Assembly: GCA_965228895.1 (NCBI GenBank)
Contig: OZ245842.1
Coordinates: 2,816,001 to 2,880,000 of the forward strand
Length of the DNA: 64,000 nt
Source of the DNA: Alphaproteobacteria bacterium
GTDB taxonomy: Bacteria > Pseudomonadota > Alphaproteobacteria > SP197
Reading direction: 5' to 3'
Position 1 is the first letter of the stretch; each line of letters begins with the position of its first letter. Position numbers and translations under genes: made by a program. This document shows positions 9,488-19,142 of this stretch, piece after piece. The notes below the pieces were generated by a model. It was not told the DNA's origin, did not search any database, and saw only the letters and a list, made by a program, of their open reading frames with translations.

Positions 9488-10357
9488 ATGGCGGTGCTTT
9501 CTGACGATCAAGTCGCTCAATTCAAACGCGACGGCTACGTTATCGTCCGTCAGTTGGTCACCGGCGCACCGCTTGAGGCGGCACGCCGGCAATTGGCGGC
9601 ATGGGTCGACGAAAGCAAGTCCCAGTCAAGCAACTGGGGTGAATGCCTTGACGGCAAAGCACGCTTCGATTTGGCGGACGGCCACCGCGCCGACCGCCCG
9701 CTGCTTCGACGCATCTCCAATCCAGCGGAAATCTCGCCGGTCATCAAAGACATCCTGTTCGACAGTGCGATACCCGATGCCATCACCGATCTGATTGGCC
9801 CGGATATCAAATTCCACCATTGCAAAATCAACGTAAAACTGCCGAGCTCGCCGACCTATGTCGGTTGGCACCAGGACCATGCCTACGATCCGCACACCAA
9901 CGACGATGTCGTCGTCGCTCTCCTGATGCTGGATGACGTGACGGAAGACATGGGACCGCTGATGGTCGTGCCTGGTTCCCACAAGACGCCTCTTAGTCTC
10001 TTCAAAGACGGCCGCTATACGGGAGCCATCGGCGAAGAACATCACAGCGCTTTCGAGCAGGCCGCCCTACCGATGACCGGCCGTGCCGGCGATGTCATCT
10101 TGCAGCATACCTGGATGGTTCATGGCGGCGGCTCCAACACCACCAGCAATCCGCGCGCGATGCTGATCTGTGATTACACGGCAGCCGACGCCTTCCCGCT
10201 GACGCCGCCCGCCATGCCTAGTGCCCAGTTCGGCGCGATTGTGCGTGGTCAGCCGACCCGTTTTGCGCGATTGAAAGAGACGGTGATTGAAATGCCCGAG
10301 GCTTACACCGACGACTCCTTCTTTGGGCTGCAAGGGCAAAAGGCAGCCGCCGAATAG
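9488..10357 (+). CDS. Phytanoyl-CoA dioxygenase (PhyH) family Fe(II)/2OG dioxygenase
   Basis: F.RDGY, WHQD, VVPGSH, HGGGSN...R. Confidence 0.9.
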   Translation: MAVLSDDQVAQFKRDGYVIVRQLVTGAPLEAARRQLAAWVDESKSQSSNWGECLDGKARFDLADGHRADRPLLRRISNPAEISPVIKDILFDSAIPDAITDLIGPDIKFHHCKINVKLPSSPTYVGWHQDHAYDPHTNDDVVVALLMLDDVTEDMGPLMVVPGSHKTPLSLFKDGRYTGAIGEEHHSAFEQAALPMTGRAGDVILQHTWMVHGGGSNTTSNPRAMLICDYTAADAFPLTPPAMPSAQFGAIVRGQPTRFARLKETVIEMPEAYTDDSFFGLQGQKAAAE

Positions 10358-10487
10358 CGGCTTGCCGCGGCCGCCCCTCGGCATCATCGCCAATCTGTCC
10401 AAATCGCACGGCGATGCAGTCATAATGGGTCAGCTAAGCCCGTCCAATTGATGTAGAGCGGATTCCCGTGATTAGATGGGGCACTGC

Positions 10488-10627
10488 TTAGAGCAGGTCC
10501 CGTTTCGATGAAATCGCTTCGCGACGCCATCAAAATAGGTGAATCTGCTCTACACATAGATAGAGAGCGGATTCACGTGGTTAGGTGGGAACGTCCATCG
10601 GTTCCACCCAACCACGATCCGCTCTAG
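10488..10627. repeat. 140-bp palindromic element, copy 2 (short remnant of the right arm at ~10454-10480)
   Basis: TTAGAGCAGGTCC...GATCCGCTCTAG. Confidence 0.9.
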
Positions 10628-10639
10628 GGGGGTAGTTTC

Positions 10640-11083
10640 ATGTTTAAGAAGATCGTCGTGCCGGTGGACGGCTCGGAGCATGCCTTGGAGGCAGTCGACG
10701 CCGCGGTCGATTTGGCCGGCAAGTACGATTCTGAGATCTATCTGGTCAATGTGAGTCGGCGTGCCAAGTACACCGGCGACATCGACAGGTTCGCACAGAG
10801 CGAGTACCGCCAGGCCGGCTCGTCCTTCGTCACTGACGAACTGGCGAAGAACATTCTGGAGAACGCGCGGACCCGGGCACGACAGGCAGGCAAGGCCGAC
10901 CCCAAGTTCGAACTGCGCGAAGGCAATGTCGCTCGTTCGATTGTCGACTTCGCCAAGGAAGTCAAAGCCGACTGCATCGTCATGGGCAGCCGCGGCCTGG
11001 GCGATATCGACAGCATGCTGCTGGGCAGTGTCTCGCACAAGGTGTCGAGCCTGGCGTCCTGCACAGTCGTCGTCGTTCGCTGA
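10640..11083 (+). CDS. Universal stress protein
   Basis: MFKKIVVPVDGS, IVMGSRG...LLGSVSHKV. Confidence 0.93.
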   Translation: MFKKIVVPVDGSEHALEAVDAAVDLAGKYDSEIYLVNVSRRAKYTGDIDRFAQSEYRQAGSSFVTDELAKNILENARTRARQAGKADPKFELREGNVARSIVDFAKEVKADCIVMGSRGLGDIDSMLLGSVSHKVSSLASCTVVVVR

Positions 11084-11113
11084 CGCCACCTCGTTGCCTG
11101 TAGTCCGCTCATC

Positions 11114-11653
11114 ATGGCGTACCCGGAACCCGTCATCATGCCCTATCACGGCACGTGGCCGACACTGCATCCCCGTTCCCTGGTGGTGCCCGGCGCGGCG
11201 GTCATCGGTGACGTCACCCTGGCCGAAGAGGCGAGTGTCTGGTTCAACGCCACGGTGCGCGGCGACGATGGTCCGATCACCATTGGCGCACGCAGCAACG
11301 TGCAGGATAACGCCATCATCCACGTCTCGACGGAGTACCCGACGATCATCGGCGACGACGTCACGATTGGCCATGCCGTCCATCTGCACGCCTGCCACCT
11401 GCAAAGCGGTTGCCTGATCGGTAGCGGCGCGATTGTTCTAGACGGCGCCACGGTCGAGACCGGCGCCCAGGTCGCCGCCGGCGCACTTGTCTCCCCCGGC
11501 AAGACGGTGAAGGCCGGCGAACTGTGGGCCGGGGTGCCCGCGAAAAAGCTCCGCGACCTCTCCGACGAAGAGGCCGGTTGGATCGTCGAGAACGCACGCT
11601 GGTACGTGAAGGAAGTCCACGAGTACCGCGAGGAACTCGGCCAGACGGACTGA
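11114..11653 (+). CDS. Gamma carbonic anhydrase family protein
   Basis: Hexapeptide repeats, RGD, NVQDN..IH, IGH..LH. Confidence 0.9.
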   Translation: MAYPEPVIMPYHGTWPTLHPRSLVVPGAAVIGDVTLAEEASVWFNATVRGDDGPITIGARSNVQDNAIIHVSTEYPTIIGDDVTIGHAVHLHACHLQSGCLIGSGAIVLDGATVETGAQVAAGALVSPGKTVKAGELWAGVPAKKLRDLSDEEAGWIVENARWYVKEVHEYREELGQTD

Positions 11654-11718
11654 GCCGTGGCAGCTTCGGCCGTCTCCCTGCTAGCATGCCGACACATGCT
11701 CTTGGGGAGGAACGGAAG

Positions 11719-12471
11719 ATGTCGAACTTCAAAGGTTTGAAGGTTCTTGTGACCGGCTCGACACGCGGCATTGGCAAGGCGACCGTGCGGGCGTTTCGCG
11801 ACGCAGGCGCCATAGTCGCGGTCAACGGACGCAAACCTGAAGCCGTCGCGGCCACGATCGACGAGCTGGGCGGTGAGCGCCTGATCGCGGCACCCGGTGA
11901 CGTCGCCACGGCCGCGGCCTGCGACCAACTCGTCGGCGATGCCGTCACCTCGCTCGGCGGCCTCGACATCCTCGTCAACAACGCCGGCGTCTTCAGCGAA
12001 GGCCCGGTCGATGATGTCGGTGAAGACACTTATGACTGGCTGATGGATATCAACGTCAAGGGCGTCTTCTTCTGCAGCAAGGCGGCGCTACCTTCCTTGC
12101 GCGAAAGCAACGGATCGATCGTCAACACGGCATCGGAATCGGGCCTGGTCGGCAACGCGAACATGGCGCTCTATTGCGCCAGCAAAGGCGCGGTCGCCAA
12201 CCTGACGCGCGCCATGGCGTTCGATCTGGCGCCGGCGGTTCGCGTCAACGCGGTCTGCCCCGGCGGCGTCATGACCGACATGGTGACCGACGGGCAAGAC
12301 ATCACAGCCGACGACCCGTCGCTCGACGAGCTCAAGAACTATGCGCCCATGAAACGTATCGGCCTGCCGGAAGAGATTGCCGACGCGATCCTCTATCTGG
12401 CCAACCCCGCATCAAGGTTCACGACAGGCGCCATGCTGTCGGTCGACGGCGGCTCCACCGCCTGCCGCTAA
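11719..12471 (+). CDS. SDR family oxidoreductase
   Basis: TGSTRGIG, NNAG, YCASK; ATG at 11719 after GGAGG. Confidence 0.9.
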   Translation: MSNFKGLKVLVTGSTRGIGKATVRAFRDAGAIVAVNGRKPEAVAATIDELGGERLIAAPGDVATAAACDQLVGDAVTSLGGLDILVNNAGVFSEGPVDDVGEDTYDWLMDINVKGVFFCSKAALPSLRESNGSIVNTASESGLVGNANMALYCASKGAVANLTRAMAFDLAPAVRVNAVCPGGVMTDMVTDGQDITADDPSLDELKNYAPMKRIGLPEEIADAILYLANPASRFTTGAMLSVDGGSTACR

Positions 12472-12564
12472 GATTTGGCAAAAAAGATGACAAGCTGATG
12501 TCAGCGGCTCATGCTGTTCCCCGTGGGCAATCTTCACGGGTTAACCGTGGATCGGGAGGACATC

Positions 12565-13686
12565 ATGAACCGCGTTAAAATGATTGACCGGCTGTCCCAA
12601 GGCAGGCTCAGCCGGCGCGAGGTCAAACAGTTGGCAGCGGCGGCCGGCGTCGTCGGTGTGACGGCGCCCGTCATAAACCGCCCGGCAAGGGCAGCAAGCG
12701 GTGAGGATCTGACCTATTTCACCTGGGGCGGATTCGAAGACCCGAACCTGTTCCCGACGTTTGTCAGCAGGTACGGCGACCCTGTCGTCACCTTCTATGG
12801 CGACGAGTACGAAGCGATCGAAAAGCTGCGTGCCGGCTATGAGGCCGATGTCGTCTGTCCGTGCATCGATGTCATGCCGAACTGGATGCGTGTTGGCCTC
12901 AAGCCGATCGACGAAAGCAGGTTGGAGTATCTGGACGACACCTTCGAGTCGATCCGGAGTCCCGAGGCGGCGTTCGACAAGGGCGAGCGCTACTATGTGC
13001 CGACCTATTACGGCTTCACCTCGTTCGTCTACCGCACGGACTTGACGGACATCACACCGGAAACGGAATCGTGGAAACTGTTCTTCGACGACACGTACGC
13101 CGGGCGCATCGCGATCTGGGATAGCACCGATGCGGTCATCCCGGTCGCGTCGCTTGCTGCTGGTGATCTGGAAGATCCCTATCGTCCGTCGGCCGAACGG
13201 CTGGAAGAGGTCGAGGCGTTAATGCGCAAGCAACGCGACCTCGTGCGTTTCTATTGGGGCGAGCAGACGTCGGCCCTGGAAGCGTTCGTGTCCGGCGAGG
13301 TCGTCTTGAGCTATGTCTGGTCGGCGGCCATTCCGCCCCTGCTTGAATCGGGCATTCCGTTCAAGTGGGCGCAACCGCAGGAAGGTCTCATCAGCTATGT
13401 CTGCGGTCTGTCGCGCGCCAACAAGGAAGGCACAGACGAAGCGTTGGTCTACGACTTCATCAACGCCAGCATGTCACCGGAAGCCGGCGCCTACATGATC
13501 GAGGTCTTTGCGCTCGGTGCCGCCAACAAGTCGTCCTACGACTTGGTTGATGCCGATGTTCTGGAGCGAAACGGCCTGTCGACACCGGAGGAGTCACTGG
13601 CGGGATCGCACACCTATCAGTTCGTCCCGGTCGATTTGAAGCAGGAGCATATTGCAATCTTCGACGAGATTCGCGCCGGTTTCTAA
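12565..13686 (+). CDS. PotD/PotF-like ABC substrate-binding protein (Tat-like leader)
   Basis: SRRE leader, FTWGGF, YAGRIAIWD, PQEG..YVCG. Confidence 0.85.
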   Translation: MNRVKMIDRLSQGRLSRREVKQLAAAAGVVGVTAPVINRPARAASGEDLTYFTWGGFEDPNLFPTFVSRYGDPVVTFYGDEYEAIEKLRAGYEADVVCPCIDVMPNWMRVGLKPIDESRLEYLDDTFESIRSPEAAFDKGERYYVPTYYGFTSFVYRTDLTDITPETESWKLFFDDTYAGRIAIWDSTDAVIPVASLAAGDLEDPYRPSAERLEEVEALMRKQRDLVRFYWGEQTSALEAFVSGEVVLSYVWSAAIPPLLESGIPFKWAQPQEGLISYVCGLSRANKEGTDEALVYDFINASMSPEAGAYMIEVFALGAANKSSYDLVDADVLERNGLSTPEESLAGSHTYQFVPVDLKQEHIAIFDEIRAGF

Positions 13687-13701
13687 CACCGGCCCACGGC
13701 T

Positions 13702-13744
13702 ATGCCGGCCCTCGCCTCCGAGAGAACGAAGGCAAGGGTCGGCA
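13702..13744. terminator. GC-rich hairpin between convergent genes
   Basis: TGCCGGCCCT(C)GCCT...AGGC(A)AGGGTCGGCA; no U-tract. Confidence 0.4.
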
Positions 13745-13768
13745 GGTCCGCTAGATTGTTCTTTGGTC

Positions 13769-14116
13769 TCAGCGCGCGGCGATGCAGGCGATCTCGACCT
13801 TCAGGTCGGGTGCGGCCAATGCCGCCTCGACCGTGGCGCGGCAGGGCTTGTTGTGCGCGTCGACCCACTCGTCCCACACCTCGTTCATCTTCGCCCACTT
13901 GCCGATATCGGTGAGCCAGATATTGACCATCAGAAGCTTCGACTTGTCACTGCCGCACAGCGCCAGGGACCGGTCGATCTCCGCCAGGATCTGTCGGGTC
14001 TGCCCCCGGACGCCCTGACTGGTGTCGGTCGCGGTTTTGCCGGAAACGTAAACGGTGTCGCCGTGAACAATCGCGCCGCAGAAGAATTGGCCGGGTTCGT
14101 GACGAATGATGGTCAT
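13769..14116 (-). CDS. RidA family protein (YoaB-like)
   Basis: VYVSG, MNEVWDEW, PCRATVEA, VEI. Confidence 0.9.
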   Translation of the reverse strand: MTIIRHEPGQFFCGAIVHGDTVYVSGKTATDTSQGVRGQTRQILAEIDRSLALCGSDKSKLLMVNIWLTDIGKWAKMNEVWDEWVDAHNKPCRATVEAALAAPDLKVEIACIAAR

Positions 14117-14186
14117 GGATTAGGCTCCCGTGGTTTTTGGTTGTGATCACGGGAGCCTATAACACCTTTGCGGTTTCGGTGCTGCC

Positions 14187-14531
14187 TTAGATGGCCGCTG
14201 TCAGCGTGACCTCGATGCCGAAATCGAGCGCCAGGCCCGCCTCGACGGTCGCGCGGCACGGCTTGCTGTCGGAGTCGATCCATTCCAGCCAGACTTTGTT
14301 CATCTGCTGGAAGGTCGCCATGTCCTGCAGATAGACGTTGACCATCAAGACCTTGGACTTATGGCTGCCGCATGCGCCGAGGATGCGGTCGATCTCGACG
14401 AACACCTGACGCGACTGGCCTTCGACATCCTGGCTGGTATCGGCGGCGACTTGGCCCGAAAGATAGACGGTGTCGCCGTGGATCGAGGCGGCGCTGTACC
14501 AGTCCTTGGGCTCGATACGTTTAACGGTCAT
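14187..14531 (-). CDS. RidA family protein (tandem paralogue)
   Basis: VYLSGQVA, MNKVW, PCRATVEA. Confidence 0.9.
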   Translation of the reverse strand: MTVKRIEPKDWYSAASIHGDTVYLSGQVAADTSQDVEGQSRQVFVEIDRILGACGSHKSKVLMVNVYLQDMATFQQMNKVWLEWIDSDSKPCRATVEAGLALDFGIEVTLTAAI

Positions 14532-14668
14532 GAATGCTCTCCTTATTGAAGCCGGGCGCGCGGATCCTAACAGACACGACGGCGCAACAAAGCCCAGCCT
14601 TTGCCCCTTTTCTCGCGAGACGCAAGGCCCTACGGTTTGTCGGTACGATAACCGGAAGGAATCATCCC

Positions 14669-16099
14669 GTGCCCCTGCCCTCTGACGGATTGATCATGGT
14701 GGTCAAACGCGACTGCCCGACCTGCCAGTTGATCGTTCCGGTCGCTCGCGAGCTGGCCGAGCGCGGCATGCTGGCCGGACTCTACAGCCAGGACGATCCC
14801 GGCTTTCCCGAGGCGCTGGACGTCCTTGATGACGGCGAGCTCGAAGCCTCGTTTCATCTGGATATCGACATCGTGCCGACGCTGGTGCGCCGGGAGGCCG
14901 GCCAGGAAACAGCACGCGCCATCGGTTGGCACCGCGGCGAATGGCAGAACCTGACCGGCGTCAATGATCTGGGCGCCGACCTCCCGGACGAACGGCCGGG
15001 CTGCGGCTCGCTCTCGGTCGGCCCCGGCATGGCGGAAGAGCTTCAAGCCCGTTTCGGCGAGACCGGGCTCAAGGCCCGCGAAGTCCCGGTCGATTTTCCC
15101 GAAGACCCGATCGAGCAGATGTTCGACCGCGGCTGGACCGACGGCCTGCCCGTCGTGCCGCCGACACCGGCCCGCGTGCTGCGCATGCTGGACGGCACAT
15201 CACGGTCGCCCGACGACTTGGTCGGTAAGATCCCACCGGGCTTCGACGACTGCACGGTCGAAAAAGCCGCCATCAACGCGGTGATGGCCGGCTGCCGGCC
15301 GGACTATTTTCCAGTCGTGCTGGCCGCCCTTGATGCCGCTATGGACCCCGACTTCGCGTGGAGCGGCCTGTTGTCGACGACCATGGGCGCAGGGGTCGCC
15401 GTGGTCGTCAACGGTCCGATCGCCAAACGCATCGGCATGAACACCGGCATCAACGTGCTGGGCCACGGCAATCGCGCCAACGCGACGATCGCGCGTGCGC
15501 TGCTGCTGACGGCGATCAATGTCGGCGGCGCGGTGCCCGGCGGTGTCGACCGGTCGACGCTCGGCCATCCCGGCAAACACGGGCTCGCCTTTGCCGAAGA
15601 CGAAAGCGATCCCGATTGGCAGCCGCTTGCCTTCTCGCGCGGCTTCGAACCGGGCAAATCCGCCGTCACCGTGTTCGGCTTCTGCGGCACCAGCATCAAC
15701 AACGACGAGAAGGCGCGCGATGGCGAGGGCCTGACCCGGAGCCTGGCGCGCAGCCTCAACAGTTTCTATGACCCGCGTCTGACCGGCGGTGGGATCGGCG
15801 CCATGCTCGTCTTGTCGCCGGAATACTGGCGCGTCTACAAGGCGAGCGGCTGGGACCGCAGCCGGATCGAAGCCGGGCTTCACGAAGCGACAAAACGCAC
15901 CGAGGACATGATAGGGAACGACATCGTCGCCGCCCATGACGGCCCCGGCGACACGAGCGGCCTAACGGCGAAGTTTGCGCCGGGTGACCTCATCGTCGTA
16001 CGCGCCGGTGGCGCGGCGGGCCTGTTCTCGACTATCATCCAGGGCTGGGCCAGCGGCCCGACCGGCAGCCAGCCCGTGACCAGGGAGGTTATCCCATGA
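14669..16099 (+). CDS. Uncharacterised protein: thioredoxin-like CPTC domain + GWTDGLPVVPPT domain (UGSC partner)
   Basis: VKRDCPTC, RPGCGS, GWTDGLPVVPPT, NAVMAGC, GNRANATIARA; GTG start at 14669 after GGAAGGA preferred to track start 14534. Confidence 0.75.
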   Translation: MPLPSDGLIMVVKRDCPTCQLIVPVARELAERGMLAGLYSQDDPGFPEALDVLDDGELEASFHLDIDIVPTLVRREAGQETARAIGWHRGEWQNLTGVNDLGADLPDERPGCGSLSVGPGMAEELQARFGETGLKAREVPVDFPEDPIEQMFDRGWTDGLPVVPPTPARVLRMLDGTSRSPDDLVGKIPPGFDDCTVEKAAINAVMAGCRPDYFPVVLAALDAAMDPDFAWSGLLSTTMGAGVAVVVNGPIAKRIGMNTGINVLGHGNRANATIARALLLTAINVGGAVPGGVDRSTLGHPGKHGLAFAEDESDPDWQPLAFSRGFEPGKSAVTVFGFCGTSINNDEKARDGEGLTRSLARSLNSFYDPRLTGGGIGAMLVLSPEYWRVYKASGWDRSRIEAGLHEATKRTEDMIGNDIVAAHDGPGDTSGLTAKFAPGDLIVVRAGGAAGLFSTIIQGWASGPTGSQPVTREVIP

Positions 16100-16623
16100 C
16101 CGAAACCACCGTTCTTCTCGATCCGACATCGGAGCGGGCGGGCGCCATGCGGTCGCGGCAAGCGCCGCCGCCGTCGCTCGACGGCCTGACGGTCGGCCTG
16201 CTCGATATCAGCAAGCCGCGCGGCGACGTTTTCCTCGACCGCCTGGAAAGTCTCTTGGGAAATCGAGGCATCACGGTCGAACGCTTCGCCAAGCCGACCG
16301 TCGCGAAGAAAGCGCCGGACGAGGTCATCGCCTCGATTGTCGAACGCTGCGATGTCGTGATTGAGGCGCTGGCCGATTGAGGCTCTTGCACGTCGTGCAG
16401 TCTGCAGGACATGTTGGAACTTGATCGACGCGGCCTCCCCGCCATCGCCGTGTTTTCCGAAGAGTTTGAGTCCGGTGTCATCGCGTGGCGCGAGCTGCAC
16501 GGCTTCGATGCCGGCGCGGTCTATGTGCGCCACCCGATCCAACCGCTGACCGACGACGAGGTGAACGAACGCGCCGACGCGGTGTTCGACACCATCATCG
16601 CGGGTATTACCCGGCCAGCCTAA
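16096..16623 (+). CDS. UGSC-family selenoprotein, 175 aa, Sec at codon 95 (TGA 16378-16380)
   Basis: Track ORFs 16096-16380 and 16411-16623 share a frame; readthrough gives ALAD-U-GSCTSCSLQD; SECIS-like hairpin follows the TGA. Confidence 0.88.
16392..16410 (+). promoter_or_regulatory. Bacterial SECIS-like hairpin
   Basis: GTC-G-TGCA-GTC-TGCA-G-GAC; loop G about 20 nt after the UGA; resembles E. coli fdhF UGCAGGUCUGCA. Confidence 0.75.
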
Positions 16624-16632
16624 GGAACAAGT

Positions 16633-17232
16633 GTGACATTGCGGGTCGTCGGTGCGGGAGTGGGTCGAACGGGGACAGCGTCGTTGAAGTTGGCTTTGGA
16701 ACAGCTGCTCGGCGGCAAGTGCCATCACATGTTCGAGGTGGCAGATAACCGTGACCAGGTTCCGGTCTGGACCGCTGCCGCCAATGGGAATATGCCGGAC
16801 TGGGGACAGTTTCTGAGCGGATACACCGCACTTGTCGATTGGCCTGGTGCATCGTTCTGGCCCGAGTTGAGCAGAGCTTTCCCGCATGCCCTCGTCCTCC
16901 TGTCGGTTCGCGATCCGGAAAGCTGGTACAAAAGCGCGAGCGAATCCATTTTTCTGGACGATCTCGAGGAGGAAACGGACTTCGACGTGATGTGGAGGTC
17001 CATCGTCCGCAACCGCTTCTGCGACGACCTGGGAAGCAAGGAAATGGTCATCGCCGCCATGATTGCCCATAACAAGGCCGTGGAAGCGGCGATACCGGCG
17101 AACCGGCTGCTGCGCTGGCAGGCCGGTGACGGGTGGGAGCCAATATGCGCGGCACTGGGCGTACCGGTTCCCGATGAACCGTTTCCGCACACCAACACAA
17201 AAAAACAGTTTCTCGCGAAAAACGGCCCGTAG
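16633..17232 (+). CDS. Sulfotransferase-like P-loop protein
   Basis: VVGAGVGRTGTASLKLAL, CHHM, VDWP, GWEPIC..LG.PVP..PFP.TN. Confidence 0.85.
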   Translation: MTLRVVGAGVGRTGTASLKLALEQLLGGKCHHMFEVADNRDQVPVWTAAANGNMPDWGQFLSGYTALVDWPGASFWPELSRAFPHALVLLSVRDPESWYKSASESIFLDDLEEETDFDVMWRSIVRNRFCDDLGSKEMVIAAMIAHNKAVEAAIPANRLLRWQAGDGWEPICAALGVPVPDEPFPHTNTKKQFLAKNGP

Positions 17233-17252
17233 AAAACCGTATCGTTCCTTGC

Positions 17253-17864
17253 TTACAGCATGGTGGATCGCTGGCGCGTGGGACGTCCAACGAAAAGAAC
17301 GAAGAAGGCAAGCGTTGCTCCCAGCGCATTGAACACAAGATCAAGGGCCGTGTTGTAGTAGCCCCCGACACCGGTCTCCGGCGACACCACCACGGCCAGA
17401 AACTCGACGAGTTCGTTGACCGCGCCAAATCCCATGCTTGCGACCGCGCTAAGGACGAGAACCATCGTTGCGTAGGGACGAGCACAGTAGGGCCTGAGCA
17501 GGTGATGCACGACAAAGGTGGTCACAAAGAACCCGTAGAAATGTACGACTTGATCAAACCTTAAGACGAACCCGTCACCCGACCCGAACACGTGCACGAT
17601 CTCAAAGGCGTAGAGCACCCGGTCGCCCACAACGACACCGCCGCCCGCCATGTGCAGCAACCCCCACAGCGACAGCAACCACAGCAACCATGGTGGGAAC
17701 TGCGTTCGGTTCAGCGTCAGGCCGATAAGGACCATGAAGAACAGAAGGACGGCGACGTACCAGAGGAACTCATAGTTCTCGATGGCGAAGTAGTAGATGC
17801 CAAACCCAGCGACGTAGGCCAGGTTTGCCACAATGAGCCATAGATGTCGGCGGATGAGATCCAT
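17253..17864 (-). CDS. Membrane protein, DUF2238-like
   Basis: Multiple TM segments; LH..GG, FDQVVHF, NELVEF, T..DL. Confidence 0.6.
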   Translation of the reverse strand: MDLIRRHLWLIVANLAYVAGFGIYYFAIENYEFLWYVAVLLFFMVLIGLTLNRTQFPPWLLWLLSLWGLLHMAGGGVVVGDRVLYAFEIVHVFGSGDGFVLRFDQVVHFYGFFVTTFVVHHLLRPYCARPYATMVLVLSAVASMGFGAVNELVEFLAVVVSPETGVGGYYNTALDLVFNALGATLAFFVLFVGRPTRQRSTML

Positions 17865-17879
17865 CAAACTTGCAAAGGT

Positions 17880-19043
17880 CTAGAGGGCACCTGGTTTCCG
17901 GTCGGGCTTCACCGATGACGAGCGCACGACGTTGTCGTCGCGCAGCCGCACCGGCTGACGTTTGCGGCCCCAGGTGCCCGGCTGGTGTTCGAAGACGCCG
18001 GCGACGGCCGTGCCGCAACTACCACAATGGCCACCCTGCTGAATGCCCCAATGGGTGAGCTCATACCAGTCGCGGCCGATCAGCGCCGTGCCGCAGTTGG
18101 GACAGGTTGTCGTGTCGCCGTCACGGTCGTGCACGTTACCGGTATAGGCATAACGAACGCCGTTCTCGATCGCGATGCGGCGCGCGCGCGTCAGTGTCGC
18201 CGGCGGCGTGTTGCCCTTATCCAGCATGCGGTAGTCGGGATGAAACGCCGTGAAGTGCATGGGCACATCCGGCCCCAGTTTGTCGACCACCCATCGGGTC
18301 ATGGCGTCGATTTCATCGGCTGAATCGTTTTCGCCGGGGATCAGCAGCGTCGTCAATTCGAACCACACATCGGTCTCGTGCTTGAGATATTCGAGCGTCT
18401 CCAGAACCGGCGCCAGCTCGCCGGCACAGATCTTTTTGTAGAAGCGCTCGGTGAACGCCTTCAGATCGACATTGGCCGCATCCATGGCGGCGAAGAACTC
18501 GGCGCGCGGCTCCGCCGTCACGTAGCCGGCGGTGACCGCGACCGTCTTGACCCCAACCGCGCGGCAGGCCTCTGCCACATCAACCGCGTATTCGTGAAAG
18601 ATGACGGGGTCGTTATAGGTAAAGGCGACCGAACGGCAGCCGAGATCGCGTGCCACGGCGGCGATCTTCTCCGGCGGCGCCTGATCGGCGAGCGTGTCGA
18701 TTTCACGCGACTTCGAGATATCCCAGTTCTGGCAGAACTTGCAGGCGAGATTGCAGCCCGCCGTGCCGAAAGAGAGCACCGGCGTGCCCGGCAAAAAGTG
18801 GTTAAGCGGCTTTTTCTCGATCGGGTCGATGCAATAGCCGCTGGAGCGGCCATAGGTTGTCAGAACGATAGCGCCGTCCTGTGCCTGGCGGACGAAGCAA
18901 AGCCCGCGCTGGCCCTCGTTGAGCTTGCAAAACCGCGGACACAGGTCGCACTGCACGCGACCATCGTCCAGGGCATGCCAATAGCGGCCAGGGAACACGC
19001 CAAACGTGTTCATTTCCCGTGTCTTTTCGGTGGTATCCGACAT
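17880..19043 (-). CDS. amrS: AmmeMemoRadiSam system radical SAM enzyme
   Basis: CDLCPRFC, DPIEKKPLNHF, GCNLACKFCQNWDISK, FHPDY, CPNC; start 19043 or 19013. Confidence 0.93.
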   Translation of the reverse strand: MSDTTEKTREMNTFGVFPGRYWHALDDGRVQCDLCPRFCKLNEGQRGLCFVRQAQDGAIVLTTYGRSSGYCIDPIEKKPLNHFLPGTPVLSFGTAGCNLACKFCQNWDISKSREIDTLADQAPPEKIAAVARDLGCRSVAFTYNDPVIFHEYAVDVAEACRAVGVKTVAVTAGYVTAEPRAEFFAAMDAANVDLKAFTERFYKKICAGELAPVLETLEYLKHETDVWFELTTLLIPGENDSADEIDAMTRWVVDKLGPDVPMHFTAFHPDYRMLDKGNTPPATLTRARRIAIENGVRYAYTGNVHDRDGDTTTCPNCGTALIGRDWYELTHWGIQQGGHCGSCGTAVAGVFEHQPGTWGRKRQPVRLRDDNVVRSSSVKPDRKPGAL

Positions 19044-19142
19044 CCTCACGCTAGGCCGGGCTCGCAACCGGGCTCCGGCCTTCCCACCTAGTATCTTATG
19101 TCTATGTGGGTATTGCCCCGCGCGATGTCATGACGGACGACG

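Noticed and set aside
10550-11404. Track ORFs containing the NHVNPLS / RVNPL peptide (also 801-1061 and 49288-49476)
   Set aside because: The shared peptide is just a translation of the 140-bp repeat, not a protein family
16096-16623. Nonsense-mutated pseudogene or two separate small genes
   Set aside because: The stop is TGA at a U-x-x-C redox motif with a SECIS-like hairpin; Sec readthrough explains it better
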